IMG/VR virus record: IMGVR_UViG_3300025832_000009
Location: 1-57,978 of that record
Direction: 5' to 3' (one strand)
Length of the DNA: 57,978 nt
Source: a virus
Lineage: Duplodnaviria; Caudoviricetes
Shown here: positions 27,901 to 36,644 of the stretch, one piece after another
Layout: every line of letters begins with the position of its first letter
How positions within the stretch are numbered: position 1 is the first letter of the stretch
The notes under the pieces: model-generated
Seen by the model: the letters and a program-made list of their open reading frames with translations, nothing else
Databases searched by the model: none
Told to the model about the DNA's origin: nothing
Position numbers and translations under genes: made by a program

Positions 27901-30900
27901 TTTTTAATATCAAAAGGCTTACTTACTTTAAGTTCCCCCTTAGATGGTTTCTTAGTTGGTGTAAGACCATTACTAATTTCAGATGCTTTTTCTAAATATG
28001 TATCAATATCGTTTACATTGCTTGGATTTACTTGAGTAAATTTCTTTGCAGCGTCAGACAGTCCAGCTTCTTTACCTTTTAATTTATTCTTAATAGATTT
28101 TTGAAGTTTTTTAGCCTTATCTAGCTTATTAGAATACTCAGCATCATTCATTGCTCTTGTAGTAAAATCTATTACGTCTTGAACTTTCTTGGCGTTATAT
28201 AAATTTACATTAGAAACTTTTTTAAGTAATGAGTTTGCTTTTTTAGTTGTAATATTACCTGCTTTCAGAACTAAATCTATAGCCCCCTGTAATCCTTTTC
28301 TTCTTTTGTTTACATCGTTTTTAGCATTTCTAGCAACCCTAGCTTCCTTCTGAAGATCTTTCTTCATTGCCGAATAGTCGCTCTTTACTTTAATAGTCTT
28401 AGGCTTTCCTTTTATTTTTGTAGAGGCTATTATAGATTTATAAGTATTAGCTGTTACTGTCTGACTGTTTGTCTTTCCTATAGCATCTACTTCAGCTTTA
28501 ACTGCTCCTTCAGATTTAGCGTACAAGTCTATTTCTGCATTTGAAAATTCCGTATCACCCCTAGCTATTTTTAAAGCTAAGGCTCTTTCTTTAGATTGTG
28601 TTTTGGGTTGTTGTTTTTTCTTTTGAGCAACCGCATTATCTATTGCTTCTTTATTTTCTGCGTAAAACTGAATAGCATCTTCAGAAAAAGATTCTTGATT
28701 TCCTCCTTCAACAATACGATTTGCAAATGACTCTATTTTATTGTTCACACTCATATCTCCCTCTGTTGAGGTAGGTTCTGTTAACTGTTCAACATCTGTC
28801 TGCGTAGTCGTGTCGCTAGGCTTATCGGTTTGCGTTTCACCTTCTTCGATTTGCGTGTCGGTAGTGACTTGCTCAACGTCTCCTTCTCCCACTTGTTGCA
28901 ATTCCACTTCGGAGTCTTTCCCTCCTTCTGTGCTTGTTGGAGCATCTGGTAGCACTTGCTCCTCTGTGCTTGGCTTTGAAATGGCATCTTTTCCTTTTTT
29001 AATTAATACTGGCAACTCTACATCAATAGTGTATGTTTTTTTTCCTCTCTTAGTTCCTTGTCTTTTTATTTTTACCTCAATACCTGGATAAGCTTTTTTT
29101 ATTTTTTCAACTTCAGCTTCAGCTTTAGCTTTATCATCAGTCTTAAAAGGATCATAAGCAGCTTGACCTTTCTCTTCTACAGATTGTTTTGTTGCATCAC
29201 TATATTTTGTGGTATTAGTAACAACGTTACCATCGGCATCGGTCTCTACATCTAAATTAGATTTATTGAAAGTCCTAAGTCCACCCTCAGAAATAGTAGT
29301 CGTTTCAACAACTCTTGCGCCATCAGGTAATGTAGCATCAGCAGATGTAATCATATTCTTAAACGCACCACCTGTAGACTCCATTTTTGCTGAAAACTTA
29401 TTTGTTGGCCTTCCGTTTTCATAAACCCTAACATATCCGACAAAGTTTTCTTTGTTTTTAGAAGTTATAATAACATCTAAAATACCTGTCTCTGGATTTA
29501 CATAAGTTGCTGTTGATACCCCTTCTTTATCAAGACTTGTAACGTTTGATATGTTTGCTTCTCCTTTAGGATTAGAGGGAGTTACTAACCTTTTGTCTGT
29601 ATGATATTCTCTAAGTCGGTCTTTTGGAACTTGCTTTTCTGTGCTTGGCTTTGAAATGGCATCTTCTTTTTGTTTTGTTAATTCTTCTTGAACTTGTAAT
29701 TCGTCTTTTTTATATAGAGCATCTAGTTGCTGGTCAACAGCCGCTATCTGTTTATCAATTCTAGCTTTACCTGGGCCTTCTAGTCCCTGTTTTTTGTTTA
29801 TTAAATTCTGTCTTTGAGTTAATAAATCAGATGCAGGTTGTAAGTTTTCAGAAACTTTTATAGTCCCTTGAGTTTTTAACTCAGCTGACTGCATATTGTA
29901 AATTTCTGTATATGCATTTGAAGCCTCTTTTTCAGTCAAAGAACCTTCTTTAACTAAAACATCTAATGTAGATTGTAAATCTTTAACATTTGCTGCTGCA
30001 AGCCTAACTAAGTTAGACCTTCTATTTCCTGACAATAAATTTTTAGCACCCAAACCAGAGGTAGCTCCTACGGTCATTACTACAGTTTCCATTATACCTG
30101 CCTTTGTAATTTTGTCACTTAAAACTTCGTTTCCAATATGTCTATTCACCAAATGGTTTATACCCTTTTCAGAAAAATAAACTGGAAGCTCTTCTATAAA
30201 AAGTTCTTTAGCGTTTTCTTTTAACAAACCCTTGCCCTTATCTACAAGTTGTTTTACTGTGAATTTTTTACCTTCTTTTAATGCTAGGTTTTTAATCTGG
30301 TCTTTAATTCCTGTAAAACCTGTTAGTAATTTTTGATTACCACCTGCTAATCCAGAGAATATACCATCTAAAGTAGATATTGCCTGACCTGCATTAACAG
30401 CTATATTCATAGCTTCTTTTTCAGACATACCTGAAGCTACTAGCTGAGACCTTACGTCCTCCACGTTCCCTGTAATACCACTTGCAAAAGAAGTAATTCC
30501 CATTCCTAGACCAGCTCCTTTAGGGCCTTTAAATCCTAGTTTCTTTGTTACTTTTCCTGATGTTCTAATTAAGCCGTATAAGTGTACAAGCATGCCTACT
30601 CCTCCTTGAGTTACAGATCCTGCTGTCCAATTAGTTACAGTCTCTGTAACATCTTTAGATAGTGTTTGTATTTCTTTTATTTTTTCAGGAGAAATAATCC
30701 CATCCATTCTTATGTTCGTATTTGCATCATATACTGTTCCATTTTCATCAACAATATATTGTTTACCCATACTTAAAACTGGCTTTCCGTCTAAAAAAGC
30801 AGATCTTTTTACTGCGCCAGTTGTGATATCAAGAGTCTCCTTACTTTGGGTAAACATTTCTTCAAGGCTTTTTAAAACACCTTTATTATCAAATTTATCA

Positions 30901-32429
30901 TCTCCCTTCCCTATAGTTGCAATCCTTTGGTCAAAAAAAGCAGGTATAGAAGCGAAAAAATCAAGACCAAAACCAGCCAAACTATTTCCTGCAACAGCAA
31001 GTAACTCAACTAATCCTTGACCTCCTTCAGCTGCTCCACCTTCCTGAGCGGCCTCATACATTGCTTTTCTTCTTCTTAAGTCAGTATCCTCTGTGTATTT
31101 TGTAAGCACAGGAAAATCTTTAATAGTAGTAGAAATGCTTTCAACTTTTGCGTAAAATTCTTTGGTTAATTCTTTTCCCTCATTTTTTAATTCTTTTATC
31201 TGTTTAGGGTCAGAGGTTAAATCTATTTTCGCTTGAATTTGATTTAATCTCTTACTAATTTGATTAAGTTGTGCCGTCTTGTATGATTGAACTTTTTCAT
31301 AATAATTTTTTTGTTCAAAGTACTCATCACCTTCATCATCTGTAAGAAGTTTCTTCATCCACTTGTATACACCAGTTTCGTTCCTAGTGTTTTTCTTTTC
31401 CCACTTTAAATAATCTGTTACATCACCACCATCATTTTTAATAAGGCTTGTTAAAAATGCGTTAGCATTTCCAACCTCTCCTTCATCAAGATCAACATCT
31501 GAGTAATTTGGAGTTTGAACATCTTGAGTTGCAATTTCGTATGTTTCAACGGCTTCTAATAATTCTGGGCTAAGTTCTGATTCTTTCTTAAATTCTTTTT
31601 GACCTGTTTCTGGATTAATAAATCCATATTCTTTTTCTGGTGTGACATTTACGTTTATACCTTCTTTATCAAAATCAATAGTGTTTAAAACATTTCCTGA
31701 GTTCTCTTCTTTATAAGCCAAATATCCTGAATCTAATAGCAGCTTGTTTTTTTTATTAGAATCATATGAAGGCTTCCAGCTTCCTTTTCCATATGCTAAT
31801 GCTGATTTTTCATCTTTACCAAACTCTATAACTTCACCTCTTTTCTTAGCTTCTTCATATACAGGCTCCCAGTTTTGTTTTGCCTCTTCAGACATGTCAA
31901 CAAAACTTCCATCTTCATTTTGAAATACTGTAGGGAATGAAAACCAATTACCTTGACCATCTGTTTCGGTCTTCATTTTATGAGTAGACACACTTCCGTC
32001 TTCATTTTTAAGTGTACCTGACCTAGACGGTGCTTCAGGAATTAAAGTTTCAATCTCTTCTTCTACGACAGGAAATTCAACAAATGGTGCTAAGTCACCA
32101 TTATCATCTTGCACTAAAGGTATTACAGCTACTTCATCTTGCTCTTCTAAAGAATCCGAAGAGCCAGGAGTTGTTTCCGTTTCTGTAATGGATTCCGTAA
32201 CTTCCTCTTGACCATCTGAAGGAGTATCGACTTGATTTTTTTTTTCAGCCCAAGCAGATGTAAATACATCAAGAGTGGTTTCTGAGCTTATTATTTTTTC
32301 GTCAACACCTTGCTTATATAGGGCTTCCTGTATAGAAGAGTCTGATTGAGAAAATTGCTCAAAGCTAGTTTCTTTACTTAACAATCCCTGTTCAATATAA
32401 CTTTCGTATAGAGCTTTTAATTTATCCAT
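24927..32429 (-). CDS. Very large internal virion/ejection protein (2500 aa, modular)
   Basis: Last of three helical genes after the tail module, typical podovirus position; no RNAP motif seen. Confidence 0.75.
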   Translation of the reverse strand: MDKLKALYESYIEQGLLSKETSFEQFSQSDSSIQEALYKQGVDEKIISSETTLDVFTSAWAEKKNQVDTPSDGQEEVTESITETETTPGSSDSLEEQDEVAVIPLVQDDNGDLAPFVEFPVVEEEIETLIPEAPSRSGTLKNEDGSVSTHKMKTETDGQGNWFSFPTVFQNEDGSFVDMSEEAKQNWEPVYEEAKKRGEVIEFGKDEKSALAYGKGSWKPSYDSNKKNKLLLDSGYLAYKEENSGNVLNTIDFDKEGINVNVTPEKEYGFINPETGQKEFKKESELSPELLEAVETYEIATQDVQTPNYSDVDLDEGEVGNANAFLTSLIKNDGGDVTDYLKWEKKNTRNETGVYKWMKKLLTDDEGDEYFEQKNYYEKVQSYKTAQLNQISKRLNQIQAKIDLTSDPKQIKELKNEGKELTKEFYAKVESISTTIKDFPVLTKYTEDTDLRRRKAMYEAAQEGGAAEGGQGLVELLAVAGNSLAGFGLDFFASIPAFFDQRIATIGKGDDKFDNKGVLKSLEEMFTQSKETLDITTGAVKRSAFLDGKPVLSMGKQYIVDENGTVYDANTNIRMDGIISPEKIKEIQTLSKDVTETVTNWTAGSVTQGGVGMLVHLYGLIRTSGKVTKKLGFKGPKGAGLGMGITSFASGITGNVEDVRSQLVASGMSEKEAMNIAVNAGQAISTLDGIFSGLAGGNQKLLTGFTGIKDQIKNLALKEGKKFTVKQLVDKGKGLLKENAKELFIEELPVYFSEKGINHLVNRHIGNEVLSDKITKAGIMETVVMTVGATSGLGAKNLLSGNRRSNLVRLAAANVKDLQSTLDVLVKEGSLTEKEASNAYTEIYNMQSAELKTQGTIKVSENLQPASDLLTQRQNLINKKQGLEGPGKARIDKQIAAVDQQLDALYKKDELQVQEELTKQKEDAISKPSTEKQVPKDRLREYHTDKRLVTPSNPKGEANISNVTSLDKEGVSTATYVNPETGILDVIITSKNKENFVGYVRVYENGRPTNKFSAKMESTGGAFKNMITSADATLPDGARVVETTTISEGGLRTFNKSNLDVETDADGNVVTNTTKYSDATKQSVEEKGQAAYDPFKTDDKAKAEAEVEKIKKAYPGIEVKIKRQGTKRGKKTYTIDVELPVLIKKGKDAISKPSTEEQVLPDAPTSTEGGKDSEVELQQVGEGDVEQVTTDTQIEEGETQTDKPSDTTTQTDVEQLTEPTSTEGDMSVNNKIESFANRIVEGGNQESFSEDAIQFYAENKEAIDNAVAQKKKQQPKTQSKERALALKIARGDTEFSNAEIDLYAKSEGAVKAEVDAIGKTNSQTVTANTYKSIIASTKIKGKPKTIKVKSDYSAMKKDLQKEARVARNAKNDVNKRRKGLQGAIDLVLKAGNITTKKANSLLKKVSNVNLYNAKKVQDVIDFTTRAMNDAEYSNKLDKAKKLQKSIKNKLKGKEAGLSDAAKKFTQVNPSNVNDIDTYLEKASEISNGLTPTKKPSKGELKVSKPFDIKKIEEYSKKETELESERNYELAKESFQELTGLEPGDLTLDQMKEILYEVDGSTNTSETDAQILKDKKNAIDKAANNAFKNTKINIKGAIESGDIKVTKTQKTLINNFLNMDLSLMTTKQKLEALDSIVNFELNQSTGGMEASLMQQVGNTKITRLKNKGIKNTENKSLFGLGKFWNKQISTLPNVFELTFKSQQKARMVMEALGLDGIINGSAKAQKEAANTEKDYADKFAKKKMQDGIYFDESNDTQRGILADVRRFTPGKEQKEFEKSKKLIQQTYERLMASGDKLKVKKGEIVKAQYDKLLKDSNSIEDVESKADPANLDGVKYVTEIWAKKYNELADTSLNVYNKNLGKDTNYTPRNIQKVKQPKAEDVDITQPVFNPEGNKRKSAYDKKTGVLKEATKPGSLETGDVLNLSFDAQNMSNYKAALTDIYTAPSIQQVKGARESKAFNEVFTNESAKEIINERINSYVDSKRGKKYVDGSTKRALNRLNKVATLGVSRVLGGPTQFVKQIVPIFNTMFNAGLSNTLKGSKLIFDAEVQKAIDNSGLPIANRGIQSQSDIENADSRIKKKAQTKGGRVIDAADKINKKTLEAFLVYPDVQTARASFIAYYIQQVKKDGGDTTNIDWSKPLDKKAAQYAQQQVDRQQNTSDQDLQGDLFTNQNFGSQMVRKTLFPFANFLLNQKTRMYSDINTLTNNPTALPGDKTRALRSLGGLGVETAMFNAIGLGITQTLAAAARLISGEEEDPNLNRYANKRAREEKREKEFNQRLIGRTGNALADILVPIPILNDESLNKINGLMSMFQDDEDNPFQFFAKTDKKIIDQLGTLGIGAKKAVILADMIKTIVTGEKTTVFMGRESKAEIDPEKLNALKMTTMAYAMHLIGVPVLNSSEVGYIAERAFKDIGKSREIEEKVDYIVEAEAVLNQRGIKNPSQKMIDNEAKQLKRIDQGKDRKVEKTNSKSKNDKSFSPASFGNEKGKKKSGKSFNPKSF
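28740..28755 (+). repeat. Dispersed motif, copy 6 (inside 2500-aa gene)
   Basis: ATTGTTCACACTCATA. Confidence 0.8.
28781..28987 (-). CDS. Overprinted small basic protein MPFQSQAQR...KWEKET
   Basis: Alternative frame of the large gene; A-rich leader; resembles stand-alone MPFKSKAQR phage proteins. Confidence 0.55.
   Translation of the reverse strand: MPFQSQAQRSKCYQMLQQAQKEGKTPKWNCNKWEKETLSKSLPTRKSKKVKRKPISLATRLRRQMLNS
28954..29665. repeat. 37-bp direct repeat (28-bp identical core) flanking a 675-bp in-frame segment
   Basis: TCTGTGCTTGGCTTTGAAATGGCATCTT at 28963-28990 and 29638-29665. Confidence 0.85.
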
Positions 32430-32432
32430 TTA

Positions 32433-34526
32433 TTATTTTATTATATTTCCGAATGCATCTTTTTTTACCTCAGCACTACCACTACCACCAGGGTTATAGT
32501 CTTTATCTGAACCTAAGTTTTGAAAGAATTCATTAAGAATTGCATCTATCTCAACCTTCATTGCATCTGGCTCAGTTGACGATTGGTTACCTGTAACGGT
32601 TATTGTTTTTCCTTTAGAATTTACACCTGTTATAGTAAAATTGTTACTGCCGTTATAAGTTACAGTAAGACCATCAACCTTTTGCTCAGACTTAATTAAA
32701 GCCTGATTAAGCGCACCCTCAATACCTTTAGCTAATAAATCTTCATCAACTCCACGCATTGTGGCGTCATCCGCTGTTTTAATAACATCTGTTATCACAT
32801 CGTTTAATGTAATAGCCTTATTCCCTTTACCTTCAACAATTGTCTCCATACTTAACGAAGTTTTTGGGCCAGTGCTTACAGTAATTTCTTTAAATTTTGC
32901 TGGATTATACGTTTCATTAAAGTCATTTCCTGCACCTGTATATACATTAAATAAATCTTGAGTCTCTATTGGATTTGTTGCAATAAGACTTAAAGTTTGT
33001 TGTGTTCTATCCTGTAAGGAAGTTACTGAGCCATCTTCATTTGTGTGGTAAACAGTTCTTGGTTCTACTCCCCTTGAAGTATAAACTTGATAAATCTCAC
33101 CCTTCCTTGGATTACCTTTGCTATCTTTTTCTTCTAAATCTATTAAGCCACTTTTGGATAAAATCTCATTAAAGTCCTCTTTATCAGTATACAACCCACT
33201 CGCCTTCATTTCCTCAAGTACTCTAGGGTCACCAGAAGCCATTCTCTTAGCAAATTCAACTCTACCAATCTTCTTTGTTTCAAGTTCTTTTGCGGTTGTT
33301 CTAGAAGCTCTGTTAGGATCAAAAGCTGTACCTCCACTCTTAATACTTTTTTCTAATGAGTTATATATGGAGTATTCGGATAGATTAGTAGAAGCTTTCT
33401 TATCTATATTCTTAAATTTTGGAACATATTGATTATTAGCGCCCATCACAAGAGGTATGTACTTGGTCTTTTCTCCCTTGTCCATTAAGCCTGTTTCAAA
33501 ATTAAAGTAATCGTATTCAATTGTTTCGGCTTTTTGTTTTGCTGTTAACCTAGCATACATGGCTGGATTCATTGCTTGTGATTGTTTATCCTTCGGGCCA
33601 TTATCAGTCAACACGCTAAGTTGTTGATCTACCCCTATAATCATTGTAGCAGCAGTACTTTTTATTAAGTCGGGTAATCCGTCTTTTTTGTTTGCTTTAA
33701 TGTCATCCGTTATGACTCCCATCAAACCCTTTGTGTTTATTATATCCTGATAGTCTCTATCAAAAACAGTTCCTTCACCAGTTAGTTGAGCAGTTACTTT
33801 AGGTAAATTTATAATGCCCATCACCTGATTGTTACCCCCATCAAATGCCATTGCTTTTATGTTTGGAACTGGGTTTCCATTTTCATCTCTAACTGGAATT
33901 CTGTCTCCGTTTTCATCTCTTTTGGCAACCATTATATTGTTTGGACCAACCTCAGTTTCATACATTATAACTTCAGGAGAGCCTTTTTCATTAAAAGTAA
34001 GGCTATATAAATCAGGGTTATTGAGCTGTACATGGATATCATTTAAAGCTGCTGCTCCTGACCCATATACAGGAGGTACAAACTCACCTTTATCATTGGT
34101 ATATCCTCTAGCTCCTTTTAAATAATCTTCCTGTATTTTAGCGTAGTTTTTTTGCATATCTGAAACTACACCAATGCCTTGAGTGGCATTCTCACGAAAT
34201 ATAAGATTGTCATTAGCGCTTACCACACCTCTTTGAACTAACTTCATGTTAGTATACAGTCTTTCTTTGTACGAATCTAAACCCTCTAAAATATTGCTTT
34301 TAAAAGTTTTATCGGTAGGCATATTCTCATATGCTTTCTTCTCTGCTTCTAAGTACTGGTCAGCGGTATCTTTCTTTAGCTTTTCTTTAGCTTCGTCTCT
34401 TTTTGTTTTCCAATCAGAAATAGTTTTAATACCTTCAGTAATTGCTGACAATGAGGCCGTAGGGTCACTTACCCCTGTTAATCCTTGTGATGCTGAAAAC
34501 TTAGCTGCGTCTAATGCGTTACCCAT
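32433..34526 (-). CDS. Internal virion/ejection protein (697 aa)
   Basis: Synteny and composition. Confidence 0.65.
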   Translation of the reverse strand: MGNALDAAKFSASQGLTGVSDPTASLSAITEGIKTISDWKTKRDEAKEKLKKDTADQYLEAEKKAYENMPTDKTFKSNILEGLDSYKERLYTNMKLVQRGVVSANDNLIFRENATQGIGVVSDMQKNYAKIQEDYLKGARGYTNDKGEFVPPVYGSGAAALNDIHVQLNNPDLYSLTFNEKGSPEVIMYETEVGPNNIMVAKRDENGDRIPVRDENGNPVPNIKAMAFDGGNNQVMGIINLPKVTAQLTGEGTVFDRDYQDIINTKGLMGVITDDIKANKKDGLPDLIKSTAATMIIGVDQQLSVLTDNGPKDKQSQAMNPAMYARLTAKQKAETIEYDYFNFETGLMDKGEKTKYIPLVMGANNQYVPKFKNIDKKASTNLSEYSIYNSLEKSIKSGGTAFDPNRASRTTAKELETKKIGRVEFAKRMASGDPRVLEEMKASGLYTDKEDFNEILSKSGLIDLEEKDSKGNPRKGEIYQVYTSRGVEPRTVYHTNEDGSVTSLQDRTQQTLSLIATNPIETQDLFNVYTGAGNDFNETYNPAKFKEITVSTGPKTSLSMETIVEGKGNKAITLNDVITDVIKTADDATMRGVDEDLLAKGIEGALNQALIKSEQKVDGLTVTYNGSNNFTITGVNSKGKTITVTGNQSSTEPDAMKVEIDAILNEFFQNLGSDKDYNPGGSGSAEVKKDAFGNIIK

Positions 34527-34532
34527 ATCTTG

Positions 34533-35453
34533 TTAATTGTTAAAGTTTAAAGGGTCGTATTCACCTTCAAAAAGACTTAAATCTTGCTTACCACCTAAAG
34601 CACTAAAATCCGTAGCAAACAACCCCTGAAACATAGTGGAAAATTGATTGTTCATAAAAGGATTAACTATAGGCTGTGTTTTAATCCCTGTCTGTTGAAG
34701 CTGAGGTTGAGGAGTGATTGGTTGTTGGGTTATTTTATTTCCTGTAAAAGCCGCTATGTCCATATCCCCTCTGTTAAATATTCTCGTGTTTTTTTGAGAC
34801 TGATCGGCTACAGTTTTTTGAGCGTCAACAATACTCATTCCTCCTGCAACTAACTTATCTATAGCTCCTTGCGCTTTAGCTCCTGAAATCTCACCAGCTA
34901 TTCCAACACCTTGCATGATTGCTTCAGTTCCTGCTGTAACATAATTAGCCGTAGCTTGTCCTCTTAATGTATCTGATTGCTTCATTAAAGTGTCTGCTCT
35001 AACTCCTGCTGCTGCTGCTCTATCGTCTTGCATGGCCGCTATTTCAGCAGCTGACAATTCCTGAGCCTTGGCTCTAGCTAAATCTATGTTTGTTTTGTCT
35101 TGAGAAAATTTATCAGAAAGAGCGCTTAACCCAGCTTGTTCTATTTCCTTTACTTTTCCTGCTGTTGCAGCAACACCTCTTTGGTCTCCTTCTTGAGCAG
35201 CCTGAACAAGTTCAGCACCCTTTACATTGGACATCTCTAAAGCTTTGTCGTATATATCTGTATTAACTCTAACCGCTTCGTAAAAGTCTTGGTCTAAACG
35301 AGCTATAGCTTCTTTTTCTAGTTCTGCTTGTTGTAGTCTTAAGTCGCCTGCTTCTCTAGCAGCTACGGTTGCAGCATCACCTGCTAATACTCCCTTTGTA
35401 ATTGCGCCCCCTACTGCCACTGTGGCCATTGCTATTGATGTTACTACGCCCAT
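34533..35453 (-). CDS. Internal virion/ejection protein (A/Q/G-rich)
   Basis: Hydrophobic Gly/Ala N-terminus followed by coiled coil, as in podovirus ejection proteins. Confidence 0.65.
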   Translation of the reverse strand: MGVVTSIAMATVAVGGAITKGVLAGDAATVAAREAGDLRLQQAELEKEAIARLDQDFYEAVRVNTDIYDKALEMSNVKGAELVQAAQEGDQRGVAATAGKVKEIEQAGLSALSDKFSQDKTNIDLARAKAQELSAAEIAAMQDDRAAAAGVRADTLMKQSDTLRGQATANYVTAGTEAIMQGVGIAGEISGAKAQGAIDKLVAGGMSIVDAQKTVADQSQKNTRIFNRGDMDIAAFTGNKITQQPITPQPQLQQTGIKTQPIVNPFMNNQFSTMFQGLFATDFSALGGKQDLSLFEGEYDPLNFNN

Positions 35454-35454
35454 A

Positions 35455-35865
35455 TTATAATTTTTTAATCATTTCTTTTGTGTACTTATCCCCTTCGCTA
35501 TATCCAACATCTTTATATATTGACATAAGTGACTTTGAATTTATTAGAGCGTAAGAATATTTACATCCATGTATAGTCAAAGCCTTTGTTAGTGTTGAAA
35601 CCAATTCTGTTAATGCTTCGCGTCTTTTTTCTTTATCTTTATATTTAAAATTAGAAATAACCCAATCACACCAACCTACTTTAGAGTTTGTTAAATAAAT
35701 ATATCCTGCACATACAGGAATATCTCCATCATAAACAATAAAACCTCCTGCACCATTTTCTGGTAAAAAATCTTTTGCTGGTGGTGTCCATCTCCAATCT
35801 TTCCACCAATCAACTAAAATAGAATCGTAATCTTCTTGATTTAATTTTCTTATTTCAAATTTCAT
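35455..35865 (-). CDS. GNAT-fold acetyltransferase-like protein
   Basis: IRKL...GFIVY..PVCAG...YKDVGY; usual position ahead of ejection genes. Confidence 0.65.
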   Translation of the reverse strand: MKFEIRKLNQEDYDSILVDWWKDWRWTPPAKDFLPENGAGGFIVYDGDIPVCAGYIYLTNSKVGWCDWVISNFKYKDKEKRREALTELVSTLTKALTIHGCKYSYALINSKSLMSIYKDVGYSEGDKYTKEMIKKL

Positions 35866-35870
35866 TAAAA

Positions 35871-35878
35871 CAAAGATA
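35871..35878 (-). promoter_or_regulatory. -7 promoter element TATCTTTG
   Basis: Consensus match, intergenic. Confidence 0.7.
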
Positions 35879-35885
35879 CAAAAAA

Positions 35886-36638
35886 CTAAGGATTACTTTT
35901 GAATGCATCTGAATCAACAGTAAAAAGTTCAACGGCACTAGTATTTGAATTACTAAGTTTAAACTGCAAGAAGTAACCCAACGTCCCATAAGACTCAGCA
36001 ACGCTATTTTTAACATATAATATATATGATACAGGAACAGTACCTGCATATGTTGGAGCTGCTATTGTAATTGTTTTTCTATCTTGACTTATGCCTGTTA
36101 TTGTTCCTATTTCTACAGGTCCGATAATTGAGTTTGTATATGCAACATCACCTATACTCATTATTGAATTAATAGCAAAAGAAAAAGTTAATGTTATAGG
36201 TGCTGGACCTACACCTGTTGTACTTAAAAGCGTACCTAATCCTTGAGCTGACCTTAACGCTAAATTATCAACCCCATCTAGTCTTCTTATAAAGGCAAAG
36301 AAAGCCCCTTCTTTTTCAACAAAATAACTATCTGGCATATACCCTGCTCCAAGATCAGATACTAGCTCACAATTCCAGGCATCATCACTTTCTAGTTCAA
36401 TGGTCTTAAATACTTTAGTAGCTGTTGGCTGTTCATTAAAAACACCAGTTATTGTAGAGTCATAATTAACTCCGTAATAATTATTTCTTGTTTCATTGGT
36501 ATTATGCCTATAAAGATTTCCACCTTTAAAAGAATATAAATATTGATTCATTCCCAAAGCAAAATCTGGAAAATAGCTGTAAAATGAAGGCCATCCATTT
36601 ACAGACTCACTATATGTTAAGGTATAATTTTCTCTCAT
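35886..36638 (-). CDS. Tail protein (stabilisation protein C-terminal-like)
   Basis: LTYSE..NGWPSFYSY, KVFKTIELES, EKEG. Confidence 0.7.
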   Translation of the reverse strand: MRENYTLTYSESVNGWPSFYSYFPDFALGMNQYLYSFKGGNLYRHNTNETRNNYYGVNYDSTITGVFNEQPTATKVFKTIELESDDAWNCELVSDLGAGYMPDSYFVEKEGAFFAFIRRLDGVDNLALRSAQGLGTLLSTTGVGPAPITLTFSFAINSIMSIGDVAYTNSIIGPVEIGTITGISQDRKTITIAAPTYAGTVPVSYILYVKNSVAESYGTLGYFLQFKLSNSNTSAVELFTVDSDAFKSNP

Positions 36639-36644
36639 TGTTTT

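Noticed and set aside
31470-31510. DVDLD in the 2500-aa protein as a crAss-like virion RNAP catalytic motif
   Set aside because: Lies in an acidic N-terminal linker without the GxDFDxD context or other RNAP motifs
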